NCBI GenBank assembly: GCA_031414955.1
Contig: JANOQV010000180.1
Location: 1 to 32,775, forward strand
Length of the DNA stretch: 32,775 nucleotides
DNA from: Pedosphaera sp.
GTDB lineage: Bacteria > Verrucomicrobiota > Verrucomicrobiia > Limisphaerales > SIBH01
Direction: 5' to 3'
Shown one piece after another: positions 1-9,707 of the stretch. The position numbers were made by a program, and so were the translations under genes. The notes beneath the pieces are model-generated. The model was not told the origin of the DNA and ran no database searches. It saw only the letters and a list, made by a program, of their open reading frames with translations. The stretch's first letter is position 1. Each line of letters starts with the position of its first letter.

Positions 1-18
1 TTGTTTGCCAACCAGTGC

Positions 19-118
19 GGAGCGCGGCGTTTACGCCGCTTCACCGTTCGTAAGCCCGCTGGTCAATCGATCCGTCATCGCCCGCTTGGACGCTGAAGCG
101 GCCTGAAGGCCGCGATCC
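19..118. repeat. REP/REPIN-like inverted doublet
   Basis: 19-43 GGAGCGCGGCGTTTACGCCGCTTCA and 94-118 (reverse complement GGATCGCGGCCTTCAGGCCGCTTCA) are inverted copies. Each has an internal GCGGC..GCCGC hairpin after a GGAG/GGAT foot. Confidence 0.7.
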
Positions 119-230
119 AAGAACAGTGTCAAGATGCGCCCTCAGAAGTCTCCTGCCCACCAAATCCATTGACGACCGCAACAGGTGGATGTTACCTCAC
201 GCCGGTCACACTATTAGAAGTGGCTTTGCT

Positions 231-719
231 ATGCGGTGCCCAAAATGCCAATGCGCGGACGACAAAGTGATCGATTCCCGATCATCGCGCGAGGGTACCA
301 CCATTCGACGCCGACGCGAGTGCCTCAAGTGCGCCCACCGCTTCACCACCTACGAGGAGATTGAAAAGCCCGGCCTGCTCATGGTCTTGAAGCGCGATGG
401 CCGGCACGAGGATTTCACCCGCGAGAAGCTGTTGCTCAGTCTGCAACGCGCCTGTCAGAAACGACCCGTCACGCCGGTGTCCATCAAGGAACTGGCCGAC
501 AAGATTTACAACGACCTGGCCGCCAGCCACGAAGCCGAGGTCACTTACCGTGAAATCGGCGAACGCGTCATGGAAGGGCTGCGCGACCTCGATAAGGTCG
601 CCTACATCCGCTACGCCAGCATCTACCGGCAGTTTGAGGAGCCGGACGAATTCCTGAGCGAAATCAAAAAACTCGAGAAGCCGCATGATACACTTACGAT
701 CCGATTGCCTGGTGTTTGA
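231..719 (+). CDS. nrdR: Transcriptional repressor NrdR
   Basis: MRCPKC...VIDSR...IRRRRECLKCAHRFTTYE zinc ribbon, followed by an ATP-cone (VLKRDG...; LDKVAYIRYASIYRQF). ATG at 231 chosen over the ORF-track start at 126. Confidence 0.96.
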   Translation: MRCPKCQCADDKVIDSRSSREGTTIRRRRECLKCAHRFTTYEEIEKPGLLMVLKRDGRHEDFTREKLLLSLQRACQKRPVTPVSIKELADKIYNDLAASHEAEVTYREIGERVMEGLRDLDKVAYIRYASIYRQFEEPDEFLSEIKKLEKPHDTLTIRLPGV

Positions 720-1239
720 GATGAGCAACGGCGAGAAAATCCCCTGCTCGGCTGCGTCCGTCACCGTCGAGTTGATGGGCAACGCTGCGGATTTGGTGGA
801 TCGCGAAATCGTGCAGAATGCGGCCGCGGCCGTGCTGTATTACTTCCAGAATGATCTCCACCGCACCACTGTCACCGTGGGCGAATTCACCGAGGCCCTC
901 GAAACCGCCCTGCGCGGCCTCGGCCTGCAAGTCTCGTGCGACACGTCGCAACCAGTGGCCCGCGCGGTGGAGGCCGATCTCTGCCGGTTCGCGGCGGAAG
1001 CGGGCAAGGCATTCGAGTTGGGCTTTTTTGCCCGGCTGCGCGAGGAGGTTCGCAAGGAGTTGAACAACGCGCCGCAATTGATTCGCTTCTCCGGACTGCG
1101 CCGTTGCGTGAAGCAACTCGCCGGCGCGCGCCGCTGGTGCCCGCGCTGCGAAAAGCTCAGTGACCACATTGTGGAGTATCTGCGCGGCTGTGTGAGCAGT
1201 GAGAATCCGGCCAAGCCCTGCGGGATGCTGGTGGTGTGA
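685..1239 (+). CDS. Conserved hypothetical protein downstream of nrdR (C-terminal WCPRC motif)
   Basis: 184-aa ORF with host-like codon usage, overlapping the nrdR 3' end by 35 bp. No function recognised. Confidence 0.75.
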   Translation: MIHLRSDCLVFEMSNGEKIPCSAASVTVELMGNAADLVDREIVQNAAAAVLYYFQNDLHRTTVTVGEFTEALETALRGLGLQVSCDTSQPVARAVEADLCRFAAEAGKAFELGFFARLREEVRKELNNAPQLIRFSGLRRCVKQLAGARRWCPRCEKLSDHIVEYLRGCVSSENPAKPCGMLVV

Positions 1240-1240
1240 T

Positions 1241-1313
1241 TTTGAATTTGGAACTCAGGAATGAAGGCCGTCTGAGATTTCCTTTCCTGCGTTCCTGAGT
1301 TCCAAATTGAAAA
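1241..1313. repeat. Palindromic intergenic element, copy 1 (MITE-like)
   Basis: TTTGAATTTGGAACTCAGGAA ... TTCCTGAGTTCCAAATTGAAA imperfect inverted arms. Shares TTTGAATTTGGAAC and TTCCTGAGTTCC with 30698-30768. Confidence 0.75.
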
Positions 1314-1334
1314 CCTCCCGCCCCGACCTACACT
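1307..1334 (+). promoter_or_regulatory. Putative sigma70 promoter of a leaderless HIT gene
   Basis: TTGAAA (1307-1312), 16-bp spacer, TACACT (1329-1334), then 6 nt to the ATG at 1341. No Shine-Dalgarno visible. Confidence 0.5.
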
Positions 1335-1340
1335 CGACCT

Positions 1341-1679
1341 ATGACCCTCTTCGAGAAAATCGCCGCGCGGGAAATTCCCGCCGTCATCGCCTACGAGGAC
1401 GACCTCGTCATCGCCTTCCACGACATCAATCCCAAGGCGCCCACGCATGTGCTCATCGTGCCGAAGAAACCCATTCCATGTATCGCCGGGGCCACGGAGG
1501 AGGATGAACGAGTGCTCGGACATCTGCTGCTGAAGGCCGCGCAGGTGGCCAAGCAACTCGGCATCGACGACAGCGGCTATCGGCTCGTGATCAACAACGG
1601 TCCCGACGCCGGCGAATCCGTGCCGCATCTGCACTGCCACATCTTCGGCGGACGGCGGCTGGGCTGGCCGCCGGGGTGA
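1341..1679 (+). CDS. hinT: Histidine triad (HIT) nucleotide-binding protein, Hint family
   Basis: FHDINPKAPTHVLIVPK, GYRLVINNG and the HLHCH histidine triad. Ends GGRRLGWPPG. Confidence 0.95.
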   Translation: MTLFEKIAAREIPAVIAYEDDLVIAFHDINPKAPTHVLIVPKKPIPCIAGATEEDERVLGHLLLKAAQVAKQLGIDDSGYRLVINNGPDAGESVPHLHCHIFGGRRLGWPPG

Positions 1680-1701
1680 GGGAGTGAGTCAGTAATCAGT
1701 T

Positions 1702-2022
1702 ATGCCAAAGTCAGGCATCAAGATCGTGTCCGACACACCAGGAATTGGACCGGAGTTGAAGAAGGGGGATCGAGTGCGCCTCATTTATGATATTCAACTC
1801 AATCGTGGGGACTTTCTGGCCAAGGACCAAGAGACGGTGTTCAAGGTTGGAGATCGTAACTTCGTCGCTGGATTCAGATACGGTTTGGAGGGCATCCGTG
1901 TCGGTGGGACTCGCCGGTTCAGTGCCAGCCCACATCTCTGCTACCGCGACACCGAATTAGCCAGGATTCCAAAGAGCGCCGTGCTCATTTTCGACATCAA
2001 GAACGTGGAGATTTTGGCCTGA
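1702..2022 (+). CDS. FKBP-type peptidyl-prolyl cis-trans isomerase (single domain, divergent)
   Basis: G..LKKGDRVRLIY, GLEGIRVGGTR, PHLCY, IPKSAVLIFDI match the FKBP_C pattern. Confidence 0.85.
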   Translation: MPKSGIKIVSDTPGIGPELKKGDRVRLIYDIQLNRGDFLAKDQETVFKVGDRNFVAGFRYGLEGIRVGGTRRFSASPHLCYRDTELARIPKSAVLIFDIKNVEILA

Positions 2023-2061
2023 CAGGATCGTGCCGGCGACATTTCGCCATCCGATTTCCGC

Positions 2062-2949
2062 TCACGCCACAATCACCCGCAGCGCCCGCCGCTCCACCCC
2101 AAATGTCACCGGCAGGGGCGCGACATTCTCCCCGTCGAGTTGAAAGGGAATCGGCTGGGCGCACTTGAGTTCAAGTCGCGGGCCGCGCAACTGGAGGGTG
2201 TGGCCGCCGCTGTGGAATTCGTTGGTCAACAGCCCCCAGCCACCCCGCGCCGCGCTGATCAGATTCACGCGGGGATAAACGACCGCCTCAAGGATGCCGT
2301 CCTCCAAGTCCGCCTGGGGAAACATGTTGAACCGGCCACCATAAAACCGGCCGTTGCCAATCAGCACCATCTGGCCATGCACCGTCTCCTGGCCGTTGCT
2401 CACCTCAATGGGCGGCAAGTTTTCCGCCAGCGCCTGAAAGCCGGCCACCACGTAGGAAAGAAAACCGAGGCGCTTCTTGAGTTCCCAGTTCACCAGTTCC
2501 ACGGCGCGCGAATCGAGACCGGCACCAGCCAACTGGGCGAAGTAGCGTCGCTGCGCGCGGCCGCCGGCGATGTAGCTGGCCCACGGCGCGTCGATGAGCC
2601 GGTCGTGGCCCCGCTGGATGGCTGACCACGCGCCGGCGAAGTCCTGCGGCAGATTCAGTTCCTTCGCGAAGACATTCACCGTCCCGAGCGGCAGCACACC
2701 CAACCGCACCCGGCTCAAGCCATCCGCATCCGCGATGCCGTTCAGCACTTCATTGAGCGTCCCGTCGCCGCCCGCTGCGACCACCGTCTCGAAGCCTTCC
2801 CGCACGGCTTCCGCGCCCAGCCGTCGTGCATCGCCCGCGCGCTGGGTCGGCTTAAACGCGGCCTCGCGGGACAATGCACCCAGTTGCGCCTGCAAGTGCC
2901 GGGCTTTGTCGCCACGCGCGACGGGGTTGAAGATGACGCAGATTTTCAT
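2062..2949 (-). CDS. Diacylglycerol kinase family lipid kinase (YegS/DagK-like)
   Basis: VIFNPVA, AAGGDGTLNEV, LPLGTVNVFA, GAGLDS, GNGRFYGG, QLDGE motifs. Start at ATG 2949. Confidence 0.93.
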   Translation of the reverse strand: MKICVIFNPVARGDKARHLQAQLGALSREAAFKPTQRAGDARRLGAEAVREGFETVVAAGGDGTLNEVLNGIADADGLSRVRLGVLPLGTVNVFAKELNLPQDFAGAWSAIQRGHDRLIDAPWASYIAGGRAQRRYFAQLAGAGLDSRAVELVNWELKKRLGFLSYVVAGFQALAENLPPIEVSNGQETVHGQMVLIGNGRFYGGRFNMFPQADLEDGILEAVVYPRVNLISAARGGWGLLTNEFHSGGHTLQLRGPRLELKCAQPIPFQLDGENVAPLPVTFGVERRALRVIVA

Positions 2950-2965
2950 CGGCTGTAATCGGGGG

Positions 2966-3000
2966 CCAAGCTCCAAAGTCCAAGGTCCGAAGTCGAGAGT
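2966..3000. repeat. Degenerate heptamer tandem repeat (STRR-like)
   Basis: CCAAGCT CCAAAGT CCAAGGT CCGAAGT CGAGAGT: five 7-bp units in a divergent intergenic region. Confidence 0.6.
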
Positions 3001-3143
3001 GCAACGTGCCCCCGGCATCCTGCCGGGTCGGGGCTTCCTGACATCCGAAGCATGCTCGCAGGTTTGTGAATCACCGCCCGGCGGGACGCCGGGGGCACGT
3101 TTCCGCTTTGCGGCCCAGCCTCTTTCCGCGAAGATCCGCCCCC

Positions 3144-3689
3144 GTGAATCGCGCCGTGTTTCTGGATCGGGACGGGACCATCATCGAGGACAAGGATTAC
3201 CTCCATCGTCCCGAAGAAGTGGTCATCTATCCCGGCGTTGGCCCAGCGTTAAAGCGGCTTCAGGATGCGGGGTTCAAGCTCATCATCGTGACCAATCAAT
3301 CCGGGGTGGGGCGCGGCAAGTTCCCGATCGAGGATGTGCATCGCGTCCACGAGCATCTGCTCGCCCAACTGGCCAAGGACGGTGTGCGCTTCGAGAAAAT
3401 CTACATTGCGCCCGAGGCTCCCGACGCCCCAAGCCGTGGTCGCAAGCCCTCGCCGCAGTTCCTCTTCGACGCCCGCGACGAGTTTGGCCTCGACCTCGCG
3501 CAGAGTTACATGATTGGCGACAAACTCATCGATCTGGAGTGCGGGTGGAACGCCGGGGTGAAGCAAAGCATCCTCGTCCGCACCGGCTACGGCTCGAAAG
3601 TGGAAGCCAAAGGCGGGACAATGAACGCTGCCATCGTCGATGGCTTGCCAGCAGCAGCAACCTTGATTCTCAATTCACAGCAACAATGA
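3144..3689 (+). CDS. gmhB: D-glycero-D-manno-heptose 1,7-bisphosphate phosphatase (HAD IIIA)
   Basis: AVFLDRDGTI, IIVTNQSGVGRG, RKPSP, SYMIGDKLIDLECG. GTG start at 3144. Coupled to kdsB by an ATGA overlap. Confidence 0.88.
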   Translation: MNRAVFLDRDGTIIEDKDYLHRPEEVVIYPGVGPALKRLQDAGFKLIIVTNQSGVGRGKFPIEDVHRVHEHLLAQLAKDGVRFEKIYIAPEAPDAPSRGRKPSPQFLFDARDEFGLDLAQSYMIGDKLIDLECGWNAGVKQSILVRTGYGSKVEAKGGTMNAAIVDGLPAAATLILNSQQQ

Positions 3690-4426
3690 AGATCATCGGC
3701 ATCATCCCGGCGCGCTACGCCTCGACCCGGTTTCCCGGCAAACCGTTGCATCCCATCGCTGGAAAGCCGCTCATCCAGCACGTCGTCGAGCAGTGCCGGA
3801 AGGCGAGGTCGCTGAGTGAAGTGATTGTGGCCACCGATGACGAACGCATCGCCGCCGTGGCCCGGCAATTTTGCCGCGTGGAGATGACTCGTGCCGACCA
3901 TCCCAGTGGCTCGGATCGCATCGCAGAGGTGGCGGCGCGTTGCGTTTGCGACGCGGTGGTGAACATCCAGGGCGACGAACCATTGATTGACCCGGCGGTG
4001 ATTGACGCGGTGGCCGGCGCGCTCGTCAGCCACGAAATGTCCACCGCCGCCACGGCCCTTCGCAGCGGCGAGGAATACGATTCGCCCAACGTGGTGAAAG
4101 TCGTTGTCAGCCATTCAGGCCGCGCCCTATATTTTTCCCGGCGCACGATTCCGTTTGTCCGAGAGGCCGCCAGTCGTTCGAGCAGCGAACCGTTGGCGGC
4201 GTTTCCTTTTTTGAAGCATCTCGGCCTTTATGGATACCGGCGCGAAACGCTGCTCCGGCTGGTGAAGTTCGCGGTGTCGCCGCTGGAAAACGCGGAGAAA
4301 CTGGAGCAGTTGCGGGCGCTCGAAAACGACATCCCGATCGCGGTCGTGCAGGTGAATTACGACAGCGTAGGCGTGGATGTGCCGGGGGATGTGGCGCGGG
4401 TGGAACGATTGTTGGCAGCCAGTTAA
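3686..4426 (+). CDS. kdsB: 3-deoxy-manno-octulosonate cytidylyltransferase
   Basis: IIPARYASTRFPGKPL, ATDDERI, SGSDRIAE, VNIQGDEP, ALYFSR, HLGLYGY, EKLEQLRALE. Confidence 0.97.
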   Translation: MKIIGIIPARYASTRFPGKPLHPIAGKPLIQHVVEQCRKARSLSEVIVATDDERIAAVARQFCRVEMTRADHPSGSDRIAEVAARCVCDAVVNIQGDEPLIDPAVIDAVAGALVSHEMSTAATALRSGEEYDSPNVVKVVVSHSGRALYFSRRTIPFVREAASRSSSEPLAAFPFLKHLGLYGYRRETLLRLVKFAVSPLENAEKLEQLRALENDIPIAVVQVNYDSVGVDVPGDVARVERLLAAS

Positions 4427-4514
4427 AAGGTTGAAGGGTTGAAAAGTTGAAGAGGCGAACAGAGCGCCGATGGTCGTGCATCTTTCAACTCTTTAACCCT
4501 TCAACCCTTCAACC
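4421..4514. repeat. Inverted array of octamer units (GGTTGAAG-type) forming a long hairpin
   Basis: AGTTAAAA GGTTGAAG GGTTGAAA AGTTGAAG (4421-4452) versus TTTCAACT CTTTAACC CTTCAACC CTTCAACC (4483-4514). The kdsB stop codon lies in the first unit. Confidence 0.8.
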
Positions 4515-4524
4515 AATTTTTGAC

Positions 4525-6138
4525 ATGAAATATATTTTCGTGACAGGCGGTGTGGTGAGTTCGCTGGGCAAGGGACTGACGGCGGCGGCGCTCGGCACCC
4601 TGCTGGAGAACCGAGGCCTCAAGGTCACGCTCCAGAAGTTCGACCCCTACCTCAACGTCGATCCCGGCACCATGTCGCCCTATCAGCATGGCGAAGTGTA
4701 CGTGCTGAACGACGGCGCCGAGACCGACCTCGACCTCGGCCATTACGAGCGGTTCACCAACGTCAGCCTGACGCGGCTGAACAACCTGACCAGCGGGCAA
4801 GTTTATCAGACGGTGCTGAACAACGAGCGCGAGGGAAAATATCTCGGCAAAACCGTGCAGGTGATTCCGCACGTCACCGACGAGATCCAGGCGCGCATCC
4901 ATCAGCTCGCCGAGCGATCCAAGGCCGACGTGATGATCACCGAGATCGGCGGCACTACCGGCGACATCGAGGGACTGCCCTTTCTCGAAGCCATCCGCGA
5001 ATTCGCGCTCGAGGTTGGGCCGCACAACGCCATTTTCATCCACGTCACCTACGTGCCCTTCATCAAGGCCGCCGGTGAGTTGAAGACCAAGCCCACGCAG
5101 CAATCCGTGGCCAAGCTCCGCGAAATCGGAATCACTCCGCAAATCCTCGCCTGCCGCTGCGAGTACCCGCTCGACAAGGAACTGCGCCAGAAGATCTCGA
5201 TGTTCTGCAACGTGCCTTTCGAGGCCGTGATCGAGGTCAAGGACGTGGACCACTCCATTTATGAGCTGCCGCTCATGCTCCAGCGCGAGCGCATGGACGA
5301 AATTGTCTGCCGCCTCCTCCACCTCGACACCCCGGTGGCCAACATGGCGCACTGGCAGGAAATCGTCCGCAAGCTCATCGCGCCGGCGCACCGCGTCCGC
5401 ATTGGCGTGGTCGGCAAGTACATCGAGCTGCAGGACGCCTACAAATCAGTGTACGAGGCGGTGATTCACGGCGGCATCGCCAACGACTGCGGCGTGGAAA
5501 TCGTGAAGCTCGACGCCGAGGACATTGAGCGCCAGGGGCCGGAGAATGTTTTGAAAGGCTTGGGCGGCATCCTCGTCCCCGGCGGATTTGGAGAGCGCGG
5601 CATCGAGGGAAAAATTCTCGCGGCCAAATACGCGCGTGAAAACAAGGTGCCCTACCTCGGCCTCTGCCTAGGCATGCAGATCGCGACCATCGAGTTCGCG
5701 CGCCACGTGCTCAAGCTGGAGAAGGCGCACTCGGCGGAATTCGATCCCAAGTCGCCGCACCCCGTCATCGCGCTCCAGGAAGATCAGAAGTCCGTGACCA
5801 AGAAGGGCGGCACCATGCGCCTCGGCCTCACGGCCTCGCAGCTCAAGCCCGATACGCTGGCAGTGAAGCTCTACGGAGCCTTCGTCATCCACGAGCGCCA
5901 CCGCCACCGCTTCGAGTTCAACAACAAGTATCGCGAGCAGTTCGAGCAGGCGGGCTTCGTCCTCAGCGGCACCACGCCCGACGGCAAGCTGGTGGAGATC
6001 ATCGAGATTCCGGGACATCCATTCTACATCGCGTCGCAGTTCCATCCCGAGTTTCAGAGCAAACCGCACCAGCCGCATCCGCTCTTCAAGGGCTTCATTG
6101 CCGCAGCCCACGCGTTCATCCACCACCGACCGCTTTAG
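4525..6138 (+). CDS. pyrG: CTP synthase
   Basis: [37 protein letters not shown], glutaminase nucleophile [21 protein letters not shown]. Confidence 0.98.
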   Translation: MKYIFVTGGVVSSLGKGLTAAALGTLLENRGLKVTLQKFDPYLNVDPGTMSPYQHGEVYVLNDGAETDLDLGHYERFTNVSLTRLNNLTSGQVYQTVLNNEREGKYLGKTVQVIPHVTDEIQARIHQLAERSKADVMITEIGGTTGDIEGLPFLEAIREFALEVGPHNAIFIHVTYVPFIKAAGELKTKPTQQSVAKLREIGITPQILACRCEYPLDKELRQKISMFCNVPFEAVIEVKDVDHSIYELPLMLQRERMDEIVCRLLHLDTPVANMAHWQEIVRKLIAPAHRVRIGVVGKYIELQDAYKSVYEAVIHGGIANDCGVEIVKLDAEDIERQGPENVLKGLGGILVPGGFGERGIEGKILAAKYARENKVPYLGLCLGMQIATIEFARHVLKLEKAHSAEFDPKSPHPVIALQEDQKSVTKKGGTMRLGLTASQLKPDTLAVKLYGAFVIHERHRHRFEFNNKYREQFEQAGFVLSGTTPDGKLVEIIEIPGHPFYIASQFHPEFQSKPHQPHPLFKGFIAAAHAFIHHRPL

Positions 6139-6387
6139 ATTTTAGAGTGGTTGCCAGCCATAACTTCCAACGGCCGTGAGGAGTGGCAGGGCGTGGGTCC
6201 CTTGCCGCACGCCGGAATCGGAGGAGATCTCTTGAGCTGGCTCACGCCTGACTCCGGCGCGCTGGACACCCCAGTTCGCGGCCCGTCTGGTCAACAATTG
6301 GGTCGAGAGGAAGCCCGTTAGGTTAGTTGCCTGACTCTGCGCTTGCGGCGTCTTCCAGGATTGAGACAGAATTCGCCGCCTAAAATT

Positions 6388-7701
<1,314 letters not shown>

Positions 7702-7743
7702 GCCTCATTGCAGGGACGCGGTCCATGCGTCCCTATCTGAATC

Positions 7744-9636
7744 TCAAGCGGCGGTCTTCGGACCGCCGCTTTTGTCATTCCCAGCATGCAATTCACTTGC
7801 GGCCCGCAAGGCGCCAACCGTGAAAACCATCGGATAGAGCCGCTCATAGTACCAGAGCTTGGCGAAGTAGAAGCCGAGGGGCGAGGGATCATGCCACGCG
7901 CCACTTTCCACCGCGTGCGCCAGCCAGGAGACACCACGCGCCAGAGCGGTTGCAACTTTCTCTGGAGATGAAACCCATGCCTTCAACACCTGGGCCAGGG
8001 CTGAGGTGGCCAGCGCCGTTTCTTCCACCGTGGAAGGTGTGCCCGCCGCGCCACCCCAGCCGCCGTCTTCATTCTGTATCGCGGCCAGCCATTCCACTGC
8101 ATGGATCTCGGCGCATCGTGTTCCGACTCCCCCAAGTCCGGTCGCGTGCAAGGCGGCCAGCGCCGGTATCACACGGCCCGTGCCGTAAACAAGATTCTCT
8201 TCCGTGGTCGCGTGCTGATTTCCAAACCAGAGCGGCGCCCAGACTCCCGGTTCACGTTGCTGTTTCAGCAGGAACCGGGTGGCCCGGTGGATCGCGTGTC
8301 GCAGTCTCGGTTGGAGGACGGCGGGCAGATGATTCCGCCACGCCAGCCATGCCCGGATCGCATGCGCCGTGATGTCCGCGCTGCTTCGGTCGAACGGCAG
8401 CGCGCCCCAACCGCGGCAGAAGGTCGGGATGCCGCCGTCGCGGTTTTGCAAGTCGAGCAGCCAGCGGATACCCGCTTCCGCCGCGCGTTGGCCATCGGCG
8501 ATTTGCGATTGGCTCTGGCTGGGGTGCAACTTTGCCAGCGCCAGAAGCGCCCCCGCCGTGTCATCCGCGTCCGGCACGCCACCAGGCAAGTCTGTCCACG
8601 CCCAACCGCCGGGTGCGGCGTGGGTGTAGGGGTGCTCGGTGCGGTATTGCTGTTTCAACAACCACTCGCTCGTCGATGGGCCATCGCCGAGAGCCGACGG
8701 CGGCAGCGCGTCGATGGCCAGCGTCGTACACCATGTTGAGAGATTCGTATCGATGGGCCAACTGCCATCGGTGCGCTGGGATTTCAGCAGGAAGTCCAAC
8801 CCGCGCTGCGTGACGACATGATTCGCCTGCCCGCTCGCAGCCAGACTCATGGTCACGAAACTCGTCAGCGGTGTCGCTTCGAGGAATCCGCCATTGCTGG
8901 GCTGAATCTCCGTGAGCTTGCTCAAAGTCATGCCGCGCGTTGCGTTGCGGACCAACCGCGCAAACGGATTGCGCGACGGCGCGTGAACGTGCCGCGCCTG
9001 CCCGATGGCGATGAGGGCCGGCAGCGCGTAGCTCACCACCGGCAGTCGCAGCGCGGCAAAGAGTTGATGCGGACACGCCGCCAGTTCAAAGGGCAGCGGG
9101 ATGACGTGCTCCCACGCCGCGCGTCCTTCCCCCAACCGCCCGGCCAACGCGCACATGGTCAGGATAGGAACGGAGAAAGTCCGGTCCTTTCCGTAGCGGG
9201 CAATGATGGCGGCGGCGAGCTGGTCCGGGGCGATGCTCCCGGCTTTTTCCGTCAGCCACCGTTCTGCTTTGCGGATCGTTGTGGCAAATTCTTCATCAGC
9301 ACCCGACGCGCCGAAGGCCGCCCAGCACAGGGTCGTCGTGCTGATGTTGCTCAGGCTCTTGGTTGTGTCGCCCCAACCACCGTCGGCGTTCTGATGGTCG
9401 GCCAGCCACTTCAGCCCGGTCTGGATTGAGGATTGAGGATTGAGGATTGAGGATTTGAGATTGCCGCCGTGCCTCAACGCCACGGCCAGCGCCGTCACCG
9501 CCGTCGCTGTCGAAAGCGCGCTGCTGCTCAGTTCACCTTCCCAGAATCCGCCGGCATTGCGTAGCGCCAGCAGTTCCGCCGTCGCTTTCGCAAGCGCGGT
9601 TTGAAGACGGACGGCATCAACGGTCGCTGCGGGCAC
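7744..9636 (-). CDS. Squalene-hopene cyclase-like class II terpene cyclase (prenyltransferase/squalene oxidase repeats)
   Basis: GFWEGELSSS, QW repeats (QNADGGWG, QRTDGSW, QNRDGG, QNEDGGWG), GGWAW...PDADDTA (DxDD protonation motif), STVEETA. Start uncertain (GTG 9636 or ATG 9678). Confidence 0.9.
   Translation of the reverse strand: MPAATVDAVRLQTALAKATAELLALRNAGGFWEGELSSSALSTATAVTALAVALRHGGNLKSSILNPQSSIQTGLKWLADHQNADGGWGDTTKSLSNISTTTLCWAAFGASGADEEFATTIRKAERWLTEKAGSIAPDQLAAAIIARYGKDRTFSVPILTMCALAGRLGEGRAAWEHVIPLPFELAACPHQLFAALRLPVVSYALPALIAIGQARHVHAPSRNPFARLVRNATRGMTLSKLTEIQPSNGGFLEATPLTSFVTMSLAASGQANHVVTQRGLDFLLKSQRTDGSWPIDTNLSTWCTTLAIDALPPSALGDGPSTSEWLLKQQYRTEHPYTHAAPGGWAWTDLPGGVPDADDTAGALLALAKLHPSQSQSQIADGQRAAEAGIRWLLDLQNRDGGIPTFCRGWGALPFDRSSADITAHAIRAWLAWRNHLPAVLQPRLRHAIHRATRFLLKQQREPGVWAPLWFGNQHATTEENLVYGTGRVIPALAALHATGLGGVGTRCAEIHAVEWLAAIQNEDGGWGGAAGTPSTVEETALATSALAQVLKAWVSSPEKVATALARGVSWLAHAVESGAWHDPSPLGFYFAKLWYYERLYPMVFTVGALRAASELHAGNDKSGGPKTAA
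7746..7773 (+). terminator. Intrinsic terminator of xylA (overlaps the last codons of the convergent cyclase gene)
   Basis: AAGCGGCGGTC-TTCG-GACCGCCGCTT: perfect 11-bp stem with a cUUCGg loop, ending in a TTTT run. Confidence 0.8.
9423..9464. repeat. Heptamer tandem repeat (GGATTGA)x4 plus 2 degenerate units inside the cyclase CDS
   Basis: Four perfect GGATTGA units at 9423-9450, then GGATTTG AGATTGC. Read on the minus strand as NLKSSILNPQSSIQ. Confidence 0.85.
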
Positions 9637-9707
9637 GGCGCGAGTGTGTGAAATGACGCTGCGGTACACCAGCAACATGCGGGCGTCCGACCCCGAACAG
9701 ATGCTGG

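Noticed and set aside
169..198. TTGACG as the -35 of an nrdR promoter
   Set aside because: No TAnnnT hexamer at 16-18 bp spacing.
2594..3685. Apparent 364-aa N-terminal extension of KdsB in the ORF track
   Set aside because: It overlaps the kinase (antisense) and gmhB (other frame). KdsB similarity starts at ATG 3686, which is coupled to the gmhB stop.
6180..6255. Possible third REP-like doublet (GGAGTGGCAGGGCGTG ... CACGCCTGACTCC) or xylose operator upstream of xylA
   Set aside because: The arms match only loosely with gaps, and no convincing operator palindrome was found.
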